Virus record (IMG/VR): IMGVR_UViG_3300025154_000052
Span: 1-64,000 of that record
Direction: 5' to 3' (one strand)
Source: a virus
Length of the DNA stretch: 64,000 nt
Shown here: piece by piece, positions 10,683-20,983 of the stretch
Layout: every line of letters starts with the position of its first letter
How positions within the stretch are numbered: the first letter of the stretch is position 1
Notes under the pieces: model-generated
What the model saw: the letters and a program-made list of their open reading frames with translations, nothing else
The model's database searches: none
What the model was told of the DNA's origin: nothing
Program-made: the position numbers and the translations under genes

Positions 10683-10927
10683 GAGATGTCGTTGAACTCA
10701 AAAATACCGACCGCGCAAACATGGTCACATGCGCTCTGGATGGGCCGTTTGCGAGGGATGGCATACCCTACACGATGACCATCCTGGCTGGCGAGACCGT
10801 AACCGTCGACGCGTCCGTTCTTCGCTGCCAGGACGTCTCACGCAGGCTTAAACCGAATGGACCTCTAAAGGAAATCCGCAGATATCGCCCGGTTCCAGGT
10901 GACCCGGCACCCATGATTACGCTGTAG
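10679..10927 (+). CDS. Hypothetical small protein
   Basis: GTGA overlap at 10679; 82 aa. Confidence 0.5.
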   Translation: MRDVVELKNTDRANMVTCALDGPFARDGIPYTMTILAGETVTVDASVLRCQDVSRRLKPNGPLKEIRRYRPVPGDPAPMITL

Positions 10928-10945
10928 CGGCTGCTGGAGGATGTT

Positions 10946-13180
10946 ATGTCGCTTCAGCGTAATCAGGTCAAAATTCAAGAGGCCAACCCATCGCTCAAGA
11001 TCTTTCAGACTTCGAGCACAGCGGTCAGCCTGTTCCTGGGTGTCACAGAACGCGGCCCGATCCGCACACCCACCGAGATCGCTGACCTGGCGACCTACAC
11101 CAAGATCTTCGGCGGACACCGGTCCAATGTGACTCTACGCACTGCCATCGAGGCCCACTTCAATGAGGGCGGCGGGCGGTGCTGGGTAAGTCGGACGTGT
11201 CACTACTCGGACATCACAGACTCAACGTCTGTCGCTGCGGCGACTTCGACCGTAACGGCGGCGAATAGCACATCCAGCGCCACGAAGGGCACCACGACCT
11301 GTAGCATTGATGGCACATACGACCTCGAGCCCGCTGACACCCTGGTTATCTCCACCAATGGCGGTGGAAATGAGACCGTGACGTTCGACGCTTCGGCGGC
11401 GACCCGTGCGACTGCTGGAGCTGGCCCCTATGTCCTCGCAGACGGGCTGACCCTGACCTACTCCGTGGGAGGCACGGCCAAGCCAACGATTACTTTCGCC
11501 ACGGCAGACTTCGTTGATATCACTGCCGCGACGGCGCTCGAGGTCGCCAACGGTATCAATAAGTATGCTCAGGGATGCAGAGCATACGTGAATGCCGGTG
11601 CCGGCGTGACGATGGAGACCAATCAGCGCGGAACGGGCGCCTCCATCCAGATTACCGGTGGCACTGCAAACGCGGCTGGAAAACTCGAGTTCCAGGCCGG
11701 CGCGGCCACTGGCTCGGGTGACGTCGCCAACATCGACGCGGTCACCCCTGCCGAGGTGCGGGATCGAATCAATGCCGATACTACCGGGCTTACGGCTACG
11801 GTCGTAGGGGACCGGGTCAAACTCGAGACAGACACCGCAGGTGCAACCGGGTCCGTCCAGGTCCAAGCGGCATCCACAGCCGATGCGATCATCGGATTCG
11901 ATAATGCCCTTCATTCGGGCGCCAACGCATCGCTGGCGGTCAATACGCTCAAGTTCGACGCCAAGACGCCGGGCGGGTGGGGCGATGGACTCACGGCAAT
12001 CGTATCAGCAGCATCGAACGCCTCCTCGTACTACTTCAACCTCAAGGTGTACCAGGGTGGCATCCTCAAGGAGACATGGCAAGACCTGTCGATGAGCGAC
12101 ACCGACGACCGGTACGTTGAGGATCTGATCAACGACGTTACGACGGGGTCCAACTACATTGCGGTCACAGATCTGGACAGCGCCAACAGCGCACCAGCAG
12201 ATCGTCCAGGAAGCGCCACCTACACGCTTACGGGTGGCAATGACGGCATCTCGGCTCTGGCTGATACCGACTACACGGGGTCGCAGGCAGGCGGAACCGG
12301 GCTGTACGCCTTCGATACCGTCATGGATGGTACCGTGCTGGTCGTCCCGGATCGCTCGAGTCTGTCCGCTGTTTCGACGGGAATGATCAACTACGCCGAA
12401 GATCGCAGGCTCTTCGCTATCATCGACCCCCCGGCCAATCTGACCGCATCAGCAGCCAAGTCCGACCTGACCAGTCGCGGGCTCAAGGCCCTGTCGGAGT
12501 ACGGCGCCTATTACTGGCCACGGGTCAAGGTACTGAACCCTGACAAGACTGTCCACGGTACGGCAGAGACCATCACCATTCCGCCTTCCGGACTGATTTC
12601 CGGATTGTACGGACGGGTGGACGGCTCCAAACTGGGTGGAGTCTACCTCCCGCCCGCTGGTGAGGAAGTCGGCAGGCTGAGGAGCGCCCAAGGGCTCGAG
12701 ACCACCGAGGTCCAGAAGAGTGCGGCGCGCGGGCTGGTCTTCCCGGAACGGATCAACCCCATCACCAAGAACGCGAACGGCGTCTACTACGTCGATGGGG
12801 CAAGAACATTGAAGGGAACCGGCAACTTCCCCAGCGTGTCGGAGCGGCGCGGTGTGCTCTACATCGAGAAGGTCGTGGAGGACAACCTCCAGACCTACCG
12901 TCACCGGAACAACGACGCTCGGCTATGGAACGAGATTGCACAGTCAATTCGGGCCTTCCTGTACACGCAGTATACTGCCGGTGCGTTCCGTGGGGCCACC
13001 CCGGCAGACAGTTACACGGTAAACTTCGGTGACGATCTGAATCCGCCCACCGAGGTCTTCGTCAACAGGATCAACGGCGAGATCGGGCTCGCAACGCAGA
13101 AGCCTGCGGAGTTCATTATCGTCACGTTCCAGCAGGACATGCGTGATATTCAGGCAGAACTGGCAGCAGCGGGCGCGTAA
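10946..13180 (+). CDS. Contractile tail sheath protein
   Basis: LFLGVTERGP, AKTPGGWG, YWPRVKV, IPPSG, RINPI, GARTL, SERR, KPAEFIIVTFQQ; GGAGG RBS. Confidence 0.95.
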   Translation: MSLQRNQVKIQEANPSLKIFQTSSTAVSLFLGVTERGPIRTPTEIADLATYTKIFGGHRSNVTLRTAIEAHFNEGGGRCWVSRTCHYSDITDSTSVAAATSTVTAANSTSSATKGTTTCSIDGTYDLEPADTLVISTNGGGNETVTFDASAATRATAGAGPYVLADGLTLTYSVGGTAKPTITFATADFVDITAATALEVANGINKYAQGCRAYVNAGAGVTMETNQRGTGASIQITGGTANAAGKLEFQAGAATGSGDVANIDAVTPAEVRDRINADTTGLTATVVGDRVKLETDTAGATGSVQVQAASTADAIIGFDNALHSGANASLAVNTLKFDAKTPGGWGDGLTAIVSAASNASSYYFNLKVYQGGILKETWQDLSMSDTDDRYVEDLINDVTTGSNYIAVTDLDSANSAPADRPGSATYTLTGGNDGISALADTDYTGSQAGGTGLYAFDTVMDGTVLVVPDRSSLSAVSTGMINYAEDRRLFAIIDPPANLTASAAKSDLTSRGLKALSEYGAYYWPRVKVLNPDKTVHGTAETITIPPSGLISGLYGRVDGSKLGGVYLPPAGEEVGRLRSAQGLETTEVQKSAARGLVFPERINPITKNANGVYYVDGARTLKGTGNFPSVSERRGVLYIEKVVEDNLQTYRHRNNDARLWNEIAQSIRAFLYTQYTAGAFRGATPADSYTVNFGDDLNPPTEVFVNRINGEIGLATQKPAEFIIVTFQQDMRDIQAELAAAGA

Positions 13181-13208
13181 CGGCTGACGGCGGATAAGGA
13201 GAGTATCA

Positions 13209-13670
13209 ATGGCCTTCGGGACCCCCCGGAATTACTACAAGAAATACCTCTTTGAGGTCCAGATCGACGGCATCGCATGGGCAGGATTCATGTCCTGTTC
13301 GGGCCTGTCATTTGAGACTGAAACGATCGAGATCAACGAAGGCGGACTGAACCGTCCCGCTGCCAAGGACCCCGGGCGTGTGAAGTTCGAGCCCATCACG
13401 CTGAAGCGCGGGGCTACCGATGACCTGGACACCTATGCCTGGGCCATCGCCGTCAACGAGGGCGCCTCCGGTATCGGCCTTCCCAGCCAGGTCGTGAAGC
13501 GCAACGTTTCCATCGTTCAAAAAGACCGTTCCGGTGTCGTGCTTCGACGGTGGAACGTTGTGAATGCATGGCCGAAGAAGTTCACGGCCGGGGACTGGGA
13601 CAACAGTTCGAACGAGGCGACCATCGAAGAGATGGTGCTCGAGCACGATTACTTCGCTCTGGCCGAGTAG
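13209..13670 (+). CDS. Tail tube protein (T4 gp19-like)
   Basis: FEVQIDG, FMSCSGL, PITLKRG, WPKKF, IEEMVLEHD. Confidence 0.92.
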   Translation: MAFGTPRNYYKKYLFEVQIDGIAWAGFMSCSGLSFETETIEINEGGLNRPAAKDPGRVKFEPITLKRGATDDLDTYAWAIAVNEGASGIGLPSQVVKRNVSIVQKDRSGVVLRRWNVVNAWPKKFTAGDWDNSSNEATIEEMVLEHDYFALAE

Positions 13671-13700
13671 TCTGCAATTCAGCGAATGTGAAGGAGACAA

Positions 13701-14495
13701 ATGAAGACCATCCGCGTTACTCTCCCTTCGGGGTTGGGGTGTGAAATCCGTAAGCTTCAAACCCCGGAACTCGATATCCTGGCTTCTCCCAGTGCTGCAC
13801 ATTCTCCTGACATCGTCGGTCAGATCTTCACGTCGGTCGCCACCGGGATCTACGACATCCCGCCGTTCTATGACCTGGACGAGCACATCCGTCCGTCAGA
13901 ACTACTGGTGGGTGACCACACCGCACTTCTGTACTACCTACGGCGATGGACCTACGGCGACGTCATCGAGTACGACTGGACGTGTCCGCATCCAACTTGC
14001 CTGCATCCGAACCAGGAAGAGGGCGACCTGAGCAAACTCATTGTGCGCCCACTCCCGGAGGAGAGTATCCAAGCCCTGACCGAGGGACGGCTATTCAAGA
14101 CGACGCTCCCGGACAGTGGCGCAGTTGTCGAGTTCAACATTCTACGAGGCAGAGACCAGACGAAACTGGCGAAGCTTCGTAAGCAGAAGAAGAACGAACT
14201 CGTGACCGCGATTCTCGGCTACCGGGTGGCGACCATCAACGGGAAGATGACCACCGACGCACTGATCCGAGAGTACATCGAGGGCTACGACCAGGACTGG
14301 CTGATGAAGCACTGGGAAACGGTCGACTGCGGCGTCGACACAGCCGTGCCCGTCGTCTGTGAGGAATGCCGGAGGAGAACCGAGATCGAAATCCCTTTCG
14401 GTGGGAAAGGCTTCTGGAGTGCAGCGAAGACACTGAAGAGGACTCTGACCGATGGCGACGGGAGCCGACACCAGGCGGCTGTCTCCGACCGGTAA
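13701..14495 (+). CDS. Tail assembly chaperone / baseplate hub assembly protein (T4 gp26-like)
   Basis: CPHPTC and CEEC motifs, GVDT, IPF...FW near the C-terminus; lies between tube and tape measure genes. Confidence 0.65.
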   Translation: MKTIRVTLPSGLGCEIRKLQTPELDILASPSAAHSPDIVGQIFTSVATGIYDIPPFYDLDEHIRPSELLVGDHTALLYYLRRWTYGDVIEYDWTCPHPTCLHPNQEEGDLSKLIVRPLPEESIQALTEGRLFKTTLPDSGAVVEFNILRGRDQTKLAKLRKQKKNELVTAILGYRVATINGKMTTDALIREYIEGYDQDWLMKHWETVDCGVDTAVPVVCEECRRRTEIEIPFGGKGFWSAAKTLKRTLTDGDGSRHQAAVSDR

Positions 14496-14719
14496 CGAGC
14501 ACTGACCGACTCTGGCTACCTTTCCCTATCCCTTCACAGGAGACGCTTCGAAAGCTCATCTTCAAACTCTCATACCGGCAGGACGGGTATGGACTCGGCT
14601 GGTCTTACCGCGACATCATGGAACTCGACGCACCGGATCTGATAGCATACGCTCAGATGCTGGAGGACCAACTCGAGGCCGATTCCAAGGCGATACGAGA
14701 AGCGAACCAGTCAAAATGA
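14393..14719 (+). CDS. Second tail assembly chaperone (possible -1 frameshift extension, G/GT-like)
   Basis: The -1 frame is open from 14366 to 14719 with no clear RBS/start. Slippery heptamer C CCT TTC at 14393-14399. Contains IFKLSY...GWSYRDIMEL. Confidence 0.5.
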   Translation, partial: PFRWERLLECSEDTEEDSDRWRREPTPGGCLRPVTSTDRLWLPFPIPSQETLRKLIFKLSYRQDGYGLGWSYRDIMELDAPDLIAYAQMLEDQLEADSKAIREANQSK

Positions 14720-14870
14720 CCCACTGATGCCTAAAAATCAGATCCATCACTAGATGACGTTGGTGGGTTACGTCGTCACATTCCGTCCCTCACATCCCTG
14801 ATTCGCCAGCCCATGTCATCGGGTGCCATAGTGGGGCTAGTAGCACTGATGTGTCTCATCTCAAGGGTGT

Positions 14871-17246
14871 ATGATGGCATTGAATGGTAGTTTCGGGCTC
14901 GGCGTGGTCTTCGACTTCGTCAATCGAGGCATGCAAGGAATCCTCGATACGGATCGGGCATTCGGCAACTTGCACCGAAACATCTCCACACGTTCGATGG
15001 ATGTTGGTTCCGCCCTGCACAAGATGGGCATCGCCTTCGCCGGTATCGGGATGGCCGCTGCTCCGCTGATGGCGTTCAAATCCCTCGCAGATCGAGCTGG
15101 TGAATTCGAACTCGGGCTCGCCAAAGTCCGCAACGTATCGGGCGCCACATCAGAAGAACTGGTCAAACTGCGTCGAGCCGCTATCGACGCTGGCATAGCC
15201 ACCCAGTTCAGTCCGACACAGGCCGTCGAAGGACTCCAGAACATGGCGTCTCTCGGCTTCACTGTCAATGAGCAACTTACAACACTCATTCCGACTTTGG
15301 ACTTCGCAGCGGGGCAGTCACTGAGTGTGGCCGACGCCGCGACCATCGCCGGTGCTGCAATGAAGATCTACGGCATCGGCGTAGATGATGCAGGGTTCGC
15401 TCTTGACCGGTTGACCAAGATCTCAAACCTTACTGCAATCCAGTCGACCGATCTCCAGGTGGCATTGGCCAACTCTGCTAAGGGTGCCATCGCAGGTAAG
15501 CAGGGACTGACCGAAATGCTCGTTACCATGGGTCTGGCCAAGAACGCTGGACTCGATATGAGCGTGGTGGCCAACTCAGTCAACCGTGCCCTTCTCTCAA
15601 TGAGCACGACAGGCAAGGCCACATTCGACGAACTCGGCATCGCAGTTGCGAACGACAAGGGACAATTCCGGGACTTCGGTGACATCCTCTTGGACCTGGC
15701 AGCGAAGACAGAACACATGTCTGATGTCCAAAGAGCAAAAACCCTGGACGACGCACTTGGTACGTTTGGTATGACCGCATCTCTGGCCGTGATGGAGCAG
15801 TTGAAAAATGGAGTCACGACTGCGAGTGGCGAGATTCTGAAGGGTGGAGATGCGCTGGCATACCTTCGCCAGCAACTCCAAAATTCAACGGGTACGATGG
15901 CTCAATTCCGAGACAACATCCAGAACACCTTCGAAGGCCAGAAAGTGCTTCTCCAGGGCACGATGGAGACAATCGGGATCGTTCTCGGTGAACCGCTGGC
16001 GAAAGTATTCGGACCCGCGGTAAAACTCGTCACCGATACGCTCAACAAGTTCCTGTACGCGTTCGATCAACTTCCTGCCGAAACCAAGTCTGGCATCGTG
16101 CAGATAGTGTTGGCGGCATCTGCCTTTGTTGGCCTGGTGAGCGCATTCGCTGCTTCCAAGGCAATCCTGGGTCTCCTGATACCCCTTCTGTCCGCGTTTA
16201 AACTATCGCTTCTTGGGCTTGGTCTGGGGACAATTCTGCCACTACTGCCGATCATCCTACTGATGCGCGACCACTGGTCTGAAGTGAAGTTGGTGTTGAA
16301 GTCCTTCATCGACATCCTGACCACGGGCCAGATGAGTAGCGCGATGGAACAGGAACTCGAGAAGGCAGAGAACCAAGGGGTACGCGCCTTTGTCCTGGCA
16401 GCGCAGGAAGGCTTCGCTTCGGTTCGTACCGCCATCAAGGAAACGACCGGATTCCTTATGGAGCACAAAGAAGTCGTTGAGATGGTCGTAATTGCCTACG
16501 GTGGTATCAAAGGTGCGACCCTGGCATATGCTGCTGCTCTCGGAACGTATGGTTCAGCAGTCAAGATCATCACTGCACTCACAGTGGCGTGGAGATGGGC
16601 ACAGTGGCAGTTGAACTTGGCCATGGTTGCTAATCCAGCAGGATTGGCGATTGCTGGCATCATCGCCGTAGTAGCTATGGTTGCGTATAGATGGAAGAGA
16701 ATCAAGACAGAATGGATTTATCTCGTTAGTGTCATGAAGGAGGGCTTTTCGCTATTCGTTGATTTTATCAAAATACAACTCGGTTTTGTGATGGACATGA
16801 TCATCAAAGCCGCGCGAATGATTCCCGAGAAATTCCAGGTCGGCCCCATCAAGACTCTCGCGCAGATGCAAACGACACAAGAGAAAAAAGAATCATGGGA
16901 CAAGGTCGCTCCTGCATTAACAACTGGACCAAGTAGAAGGGCCGGGCCACGAAATAGGGCAACACTCAATGAGGATGATTGGGGTGACGTATACGATCAG
17001 GACCCGATGGAAAGCCTGCCTATGGTCGTTCGATCAGGCGCTCTGGAATCTGACGCAAAGCGTCGATGGGAAGCCAGTCAAAACGAAGCATGGATACGGG
17101 ACGCGCTAAGGGAACAAGCCAATATACCGATCGAAACCCACATCGCCCTGGAACTCGACGGTGATAAAATCGCCGGAATGGTTCACCGTCGCACCAAGGA
17201 CGGCGAAGACGAGATGTTCATGGACGAACCGGAGTACGCGTACTAG
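14871..17246 (+). CDS. Tail tape measure protein (TP901 family)
   Basis: FELGLAKVRNVSGAT...TQFSPTQAVEGL core, helical with a hydrophobic mid-region; 791 aa. Confidence 0.92.
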   Translation: MMALNGSFGLGVVFDFVNRGMQGILDTDRAFGNLHRNISTRSMDVGSALHKMGIAFAGIGMAAAPLMAFKSLADRAGEFELGLAKVRNVSGATSEELVKLRRAAIDAGIATQFSPTQAVEGLQNMASLGFTVNEQLTTLIPTLDFAAGQSLSVADAATIAGAAMKIYGIGVDDAGFALDRLTKISNLTAIQSTDLQVALANSAKGAIAGKQGLTEMLVTMGLAKNAGLDMSVVANSVNRALLSMSTTGKATFDELGIAVANDKGQFRDFGDILLDLAAKTEHMSDVQRAKTLDDALGTFGMTASLAVMEQLKNGVTTASGEILKGGDALAYLRQQLQNSTGTMAQFRDNIQNTFEGQKVLLQGTMETIGIVLGEPLAKVFGPAVKLVTDTLNKFLYAFDQLPAETKSGIVQIVLAASAFVGLVSAFAASKAILGLLIPLLSAFKLSLLGLGLGTILPLLPIILLMRDHWSEVKLVLKSFIDILTTGQMSSAMEQELEKAENQGVRAFVLAAQEGFASVRTAIKETTGFLMEHKEVVEMVVIAYGGIKGATLAYAAALGTYGSAVKIITALTVAWRWAQWQLNLAMVANPAGLAIAGIIAVVAMVAYRWKRIKTEWIYLVSVMKEGFSLFVDFIKIQLGFVMDMIIKAARMIPEKFQVGPIKTLAQMQTTQEKKESWDKVAPALTTGPSRRAGPRNRATLNEDDWGDVYDQDPMESLPMVVRSGALESDAKRRWEASQNEAWIRDALREQANIPIETHIALELDGDKIAGMVHRRTKDGEDEMFMDEPEYAY

Positions 17247-17254
17247 GAGGCGGC

Positions 17255-17854
17255 ATGGCACGACTCGAGCGGGTACAACACGAGCCAGTCAAGCCCAATA
17301 ACAGGCTCGAGCGGGTGGAGTATACTCAGCTTGAGCGCAGTGTTGCGCCTCCTCCATCTATCCCATGGGAGACTCGTCCACCCAGGGTGGTCATCGTAAA
17401 TACGGATACTACCGAGGAATATGAGTGTCAGTACAACCCAACAGAAGTGACCAGACAACTCGAAGTCGTCTACAACGTCATCCAGGCTGATGGGTTGGGG
17501 TACACTCCACTTCAGTATCGCAACACCAATGCGCAGGCTATATCTCTGGCATTCGACCTGCAGGCCATCTCTGACAACGTTCAAAAGATGGCGGACGCCC
17601 TTAGATTTTTTGAATCGTTATGCTACCCGACACAAAGTGAGTCGGGGCTTGGATCGAGTCCTCCCCCTATTCTGGTGGTATGGCCCAACTGGATCAGTAT
17701 GACATGCGTGGTCCAACGATGGAAGGAAAGTATCACCCGGTTTAAGACAGCAGACATGCGCCCGATGCTTGGCAGAATTGAACTTGAGGTGATGGAGGCT
17801 CGAGCGACCGCCATCTATAGTCAGGATGTTCGATTCTTTGGAGCGCGACGATGA
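17255..17854 (+). CDS. Baseplate/tube initiator protein (contractile injection system tube-like, P2 gpU/Afp7-like)
   Basis: QYNPTEV, LQYRNT, FFESLCYP, PPPILVVW pattern; follows the tape measure gene. Confidence 0.7.
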   Translation: MARLERVQHEPVKPNNRLERVEYTQLERSVAPPPSIPWETRPPRVVIVNTDTTEEYECQYNPTEVTRQLEVVYNVIQADGLGYTPLQYRNTNAQAISLAFDLQAISDNVQKMADALRFFESLCYPTQSESGLGSSPPPILVVWPNWISMTCVVQRWKESITRFKTADMRPMLGRIELEVMEARATAIYSQDVRFFGARR

Positions 17855-18174
17855 GCGCGTTATTCCCCAGCCGGTATCTGTACAGCGAAACCATCACGGA
17901 TGGCACGACTCTGTTGGCAGAGGATCCACGTCTGGAGAAGTTTCGCTTCAAAGAGCGCGAGGACAACCTACAGGTTACAGTGTTTGAGGGGGAGCGACTC
18001 TGGCACATTGCCCATCGACTCTACCCAAACAATCCTCGAGCCGGAGAACTGTACTGGGTGATAGCGGTCTACAACAACATCGCAGATCCAACCCTGGAAC
18101 TCGAACCCGGCATCATTCTTTATGCCCCGTCCAACCGCGTTCTTGCTGAAGAACTCTTCGGGTTTGAGGACTGA
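17851..18174 (+). CDS. LysM / tail protein X-like
   Basis: GERLWHIAHRLY...YWVIAVYNNIADP...ILYAPS. Confidence 0.8.
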   Translation: MSALFPSRYLYSETITDGTTLLAEDPRLEKFRFKEREDNLQVTVFEGERLWHIAHRLYPNNPRAGELYWVIAVYNNIADPTLELEPGIILYAPSNRVLAEELFGFED

Positions 18175-18176
18175 CG

Positions 18177-19334
18177 ATGGACATCCGGGTAAACGAAGGT
18201 GGCGTATTTTTCATCAAGATCGTCCCTGAAAAAGGGGAGGCGATCGATCTGCCTGCCGAACGGGTGGAGAGTTTCAACTTCGAGGACCGGTCAGTTGGCG
18301 TGGACAAACTCACGCTGCAGGTGAACAACTCCGACCTAGCGTTCTTTGAAGACCCCATTCTCCTGCCTGGGAACAAGATCGAGTTCACCTTTGGATATCC
18401 ATCGAAACTGTCCTTCAAGCGGGCGATGAAGGTCAAGGTGGTGAAAGGCTTTCTTCGCCTGACCGTCGAGGCATACGGTAAGGAGAGCGACTTTCACCAT
18501 GAGAAGTTGACCAAGACGTGGAAGGGACTGTCCGTCGACGAGATCGCCGCACAGATGGCGAAGGACATGGGCCACACAAAGACCAGTATCAGTGCCTCAA
18601 ATGTGAAGCGTCAGGTGGTCCAGCAAAGTCAGGAGACCTACGCTCAATTCCTCATGCGATGGGGTGCACGTCTCGGGTGTGAATGGTTCATTGATGTGGA
18701 CGACACGTTCCACTTCCATCCTCGAGATCATCAGCAGGCACCAGTGCGGACGTTCGTCTGGCGCGGGGCGAAAGATCGATCTGAGATAGTGCTTACTCCC
18801 GAACTTGAGCACAGCGTAAAAAACAAGCCGGGCTCCATGGAGACGGTTGCAGTCGACCCAAAAAAAAAGAAGGTGCGTAAGCACAAGGCCAGCAAATCAA
18901 ACGTCAGCACATCCGTTCTTGGCCCGGCAACGCTCGTTCAGGAGGCGGTTCCCTTCTCCTCCAAGCCTCTCCGATCATTGTCGCTTCAAGCCTGGCATAA
19001 CGACCAGCACCTGAAGGAGACCGCTGAGGCTAAGTACCGAGTCACCCAGCAATCACAACTGAAACTGCGCCTCCCGGTCGTTGGTGACCCGACTCTTACA
19101 GCCAAGAGAGTGATCAGGCTGGAGAACTTTGGAACCCTGCTCAATGGCAACTACTATGTGGTGAGAGCGGTCCACAAGATCAGCGGTGGGTACTACACGG
19201 ATCTTGAGTTGCGTCGTGACGCCATCGGGAAGCCGAGTAACCGCAAGGACACCAGCGTAGGGGCGGCTCGAGAAAACAGAGAGAAGACTCCCAAGGTGCA
19301 GAGACCTCGTGAGGACTTCCTGCCAAAGAAGTAG
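18177..19334 (+). CDS. Baseplate hub protein (late control gpD-like)
   Basis: IAAQMA, QSQETYAQFLMR, GDPTLTAK...GNYYVVRAVHKI. Confidence 0.85.
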   Translation: MDIRVNEGGVFFIKIVPEKGEAIDLPAERVESFNFEDRSVGVDKLTLQVNNSDLAFFEDPILLPGNKIEFTFGYPSKLSFKRAMKVKVVKGFLRLTVEAYGKESDFHHEKLTKTWKGLSVDEIAAQMAKDMGHTKTSISASNVKRQVVQQSQETYAQFLMRWGARLGCEWFIDVDDTFHFHPRDHQQAPVRTFVWRGAKDRSEIVLTPELEHSVKNKPGSMETVAVDPKKKKVRKHKASKSNVSTSVLGPATLVQEAVPFSSKPLRSLSLQAWHNDQHLKETAEAKYRVTQQSQLKLRLPVVGDPTLTAKRVIRLENFGTLLNGNYYVVRAVHKISGGYYTDLELRRDAIGKPSNRKDTSVGAARENREKTPKVQRPREDFLPKK

Positions 19335-19340
19335 GAGTAT

Positions 19341-20075
19341 ATGTCGGTCTGGGATCCGGATACTCAATACCCAGAACAGAAACTGTACGGACTGTATGAC
19401 GGCTTCGTATTGGAGCGCGACGACCCGGACGGACTCGGGCGGGTGAAGGTTACTGTCCCGGGGATACTCGAGGAGAGTGACTGGGCATTCCCGGTGGGTG
19501 TTCCTGGCGGCGGCGCGGGCCAGGGCGGGTTGTGGTGGGTGCCGAAGGTCAATGCGTCTGTGGCAGTGTTTTTCGTCGCCGGAGATATCGAGGCCCCTCG
19601 TTACATGCCGTCACACTGGGGCGACGGAGAAGCACCTACGGATGCCCACGTCGACAAGGCCATCCTCGAGACCGATTCGTGGATAATAGAGATTGACGAG
19701 AGGTCCGGTCAGCGGTCCCTGAAGTTGCGCTCGAAGACGACAGATGACCATCTGGAATTGGATCTCGAGTCTGGTGAGACCGTTATCAGCGGTTCGAGTA
19801 AGGTCATCGTCAACGCGCCCAACGTGTATCTGGGAAGCGATACAGCAGGTCATCCAGTAGCGTGGGGTGACATCGTCAGTGACTTATTGAACGGCTTTGC
19901 TCAACTGTTGAAGTCGGCGGCTCCACTTGGATTTGCTGCTATCCCAGTGGCATTCTCGGCAGATGTGACAGGGTTTACTACCAAGTATGGCGCGGGTGGC
20001 ATCACAGCGGTAACAACAGCAGGTATGGCCGCAGACCTTGCCGCCAACAAGAGCGGTAATGTAAACACGGAGTAG
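19341..20075 (+). CDS. Baseplate spike protein (gpV / gp5 OB-fold)
   Basis: YDGFVLERDDPDGLGRVKVTVP...WWVPKVNASVAVFFVAGD. Confidence 0.88.
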   Translation: MSVWDPDTQYPEQKLYGLYDGFVLERDDPDGLGRVKVTVPGILEESDWAFPVGVPGGGAGQGGLWWVPKVNASVAVFFVAGDIEAPRYMPSHWGDGEAPTDAHVDKAILETDSWIIEIDERSGQRSLKLRSKTTDDHLELDLESGETVISGSSKVIVNAPNVYLGSDTAGHPVAWGDIVSDLLNGFAQLLKSAAPLGFAAIPVAFSADVTGFTTKYGAGGITAVTTAGMAADLAANKSGNVNTE

Positions 20076-20077
20076 AC

Positions 20078-20983
20078 GTGGCACTGGATGGCGGGACTGT
20101 TAATCCTCCGACCGGATTGGCCGGGGAAATAGCTGACGCACTGGAAGCCGCGGGGCAGATTTCTGCTGCTCAACGATCATCGGCTCAATGCGAAGATTCT
20201 CTTAACCCGTTCTGTGAGGGTCTTGCTTCGTACCTTGACCCATTTGTCGCTGGTGCTACGCCCACTGTTTACGGCACTCTGTTCGACACATCTGGACTGG
20301 TCCATCAGGCGGACGCCTACGTTGCTCCGTGGACGTATGAGAATACAGCAAAGAGCGATAAACCCAACTGTAATGACAATACCAGCCTTGCAAACGCCAG
20401 GACGGTCAAGGCCGGAGCAGCAACGTCGTCATGGGTGACCGGGACGAACACGACGCCGATGGGGTCGAAGCTCATCACGCCCAGTATATGCCAGGGTCAG
20501 GTATTTTACAGCCGAATTACGAGTAATCTCCCGGTCAACTTTGACGCGGCGGGAATCCACGTTCATCTCCGATCCAATAGAGATAGGCGCTGTCTGGCCT
20601 ATATCCAATGGATCGGCGGGCAGTACAAGGTGTACGCCGATCACGCCGGTTCCTACTCAGCCGGGATCGTGATCACAGCGGGGCAATTGGCGGCGGGTGT
20701 CTGGCTCGCTATCGCGTTGCAGCCCGCTGGTGGTAACCTGGGCGCTCACGCTATGTACAGTCTAGCCAATTCCGCGACCGCCCCCACCACAGGGTGGACT
20801 ACGCTCGGCTGGAATGGGTCGGTGTTTACGGGCGTAGGGGGCCCCCTCGGTTACGGCTACTGGCACAATGCGAATGATGTTTCTGGATCACACGTTATGC
20901 GCGTCATGGCGTTCGACGATAGCGGTATGCGCGTTATTGATCCGGCGGTCGACTTGACCGATGCCACCGGGGCGCAGGGGTGA
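20078..20983 (+). CDS. Hypothetical baseplate-region protein
   Basis: 301 aa, GTG start after GGAG; lies between spike and gp25-like genes. Confidence 0.5.
   Translation: MALDGGTVNPPTGLAGEIADALEAAGQISAAQRSSAQCEDSLNPFCEGLASYLDPFVAGATPTVYGTLFDTSGLVHQADAYVAPWTYENTAKSDKPNCNDNTSLANARTVKAGAATSSWVTGTNTTPMGSKLITPSICQGQVFYSRITSNLPVNFDAAGIHVHLRSNRDRRCLAYIQWIGGQYKVYADHAGSYSAGIVITAGQLAAGVWLAIALQPAGGNLGAHAMYSLANSATAPTTGWTTLGWNGSVFTGVGGPLGYGYWHNANDVSGSHVMRVMAFDDSGMRVIDPAVDLTDATGAQG

Noticed and set aside
14403-14409. Lambda-type GGGAAAG slippery site
   Set aside because: It is phased GGG AAA G rather than G GGA AAG in the chaperone frame; the CCCTTTC heptamer just upstream is the one in the correct phase.
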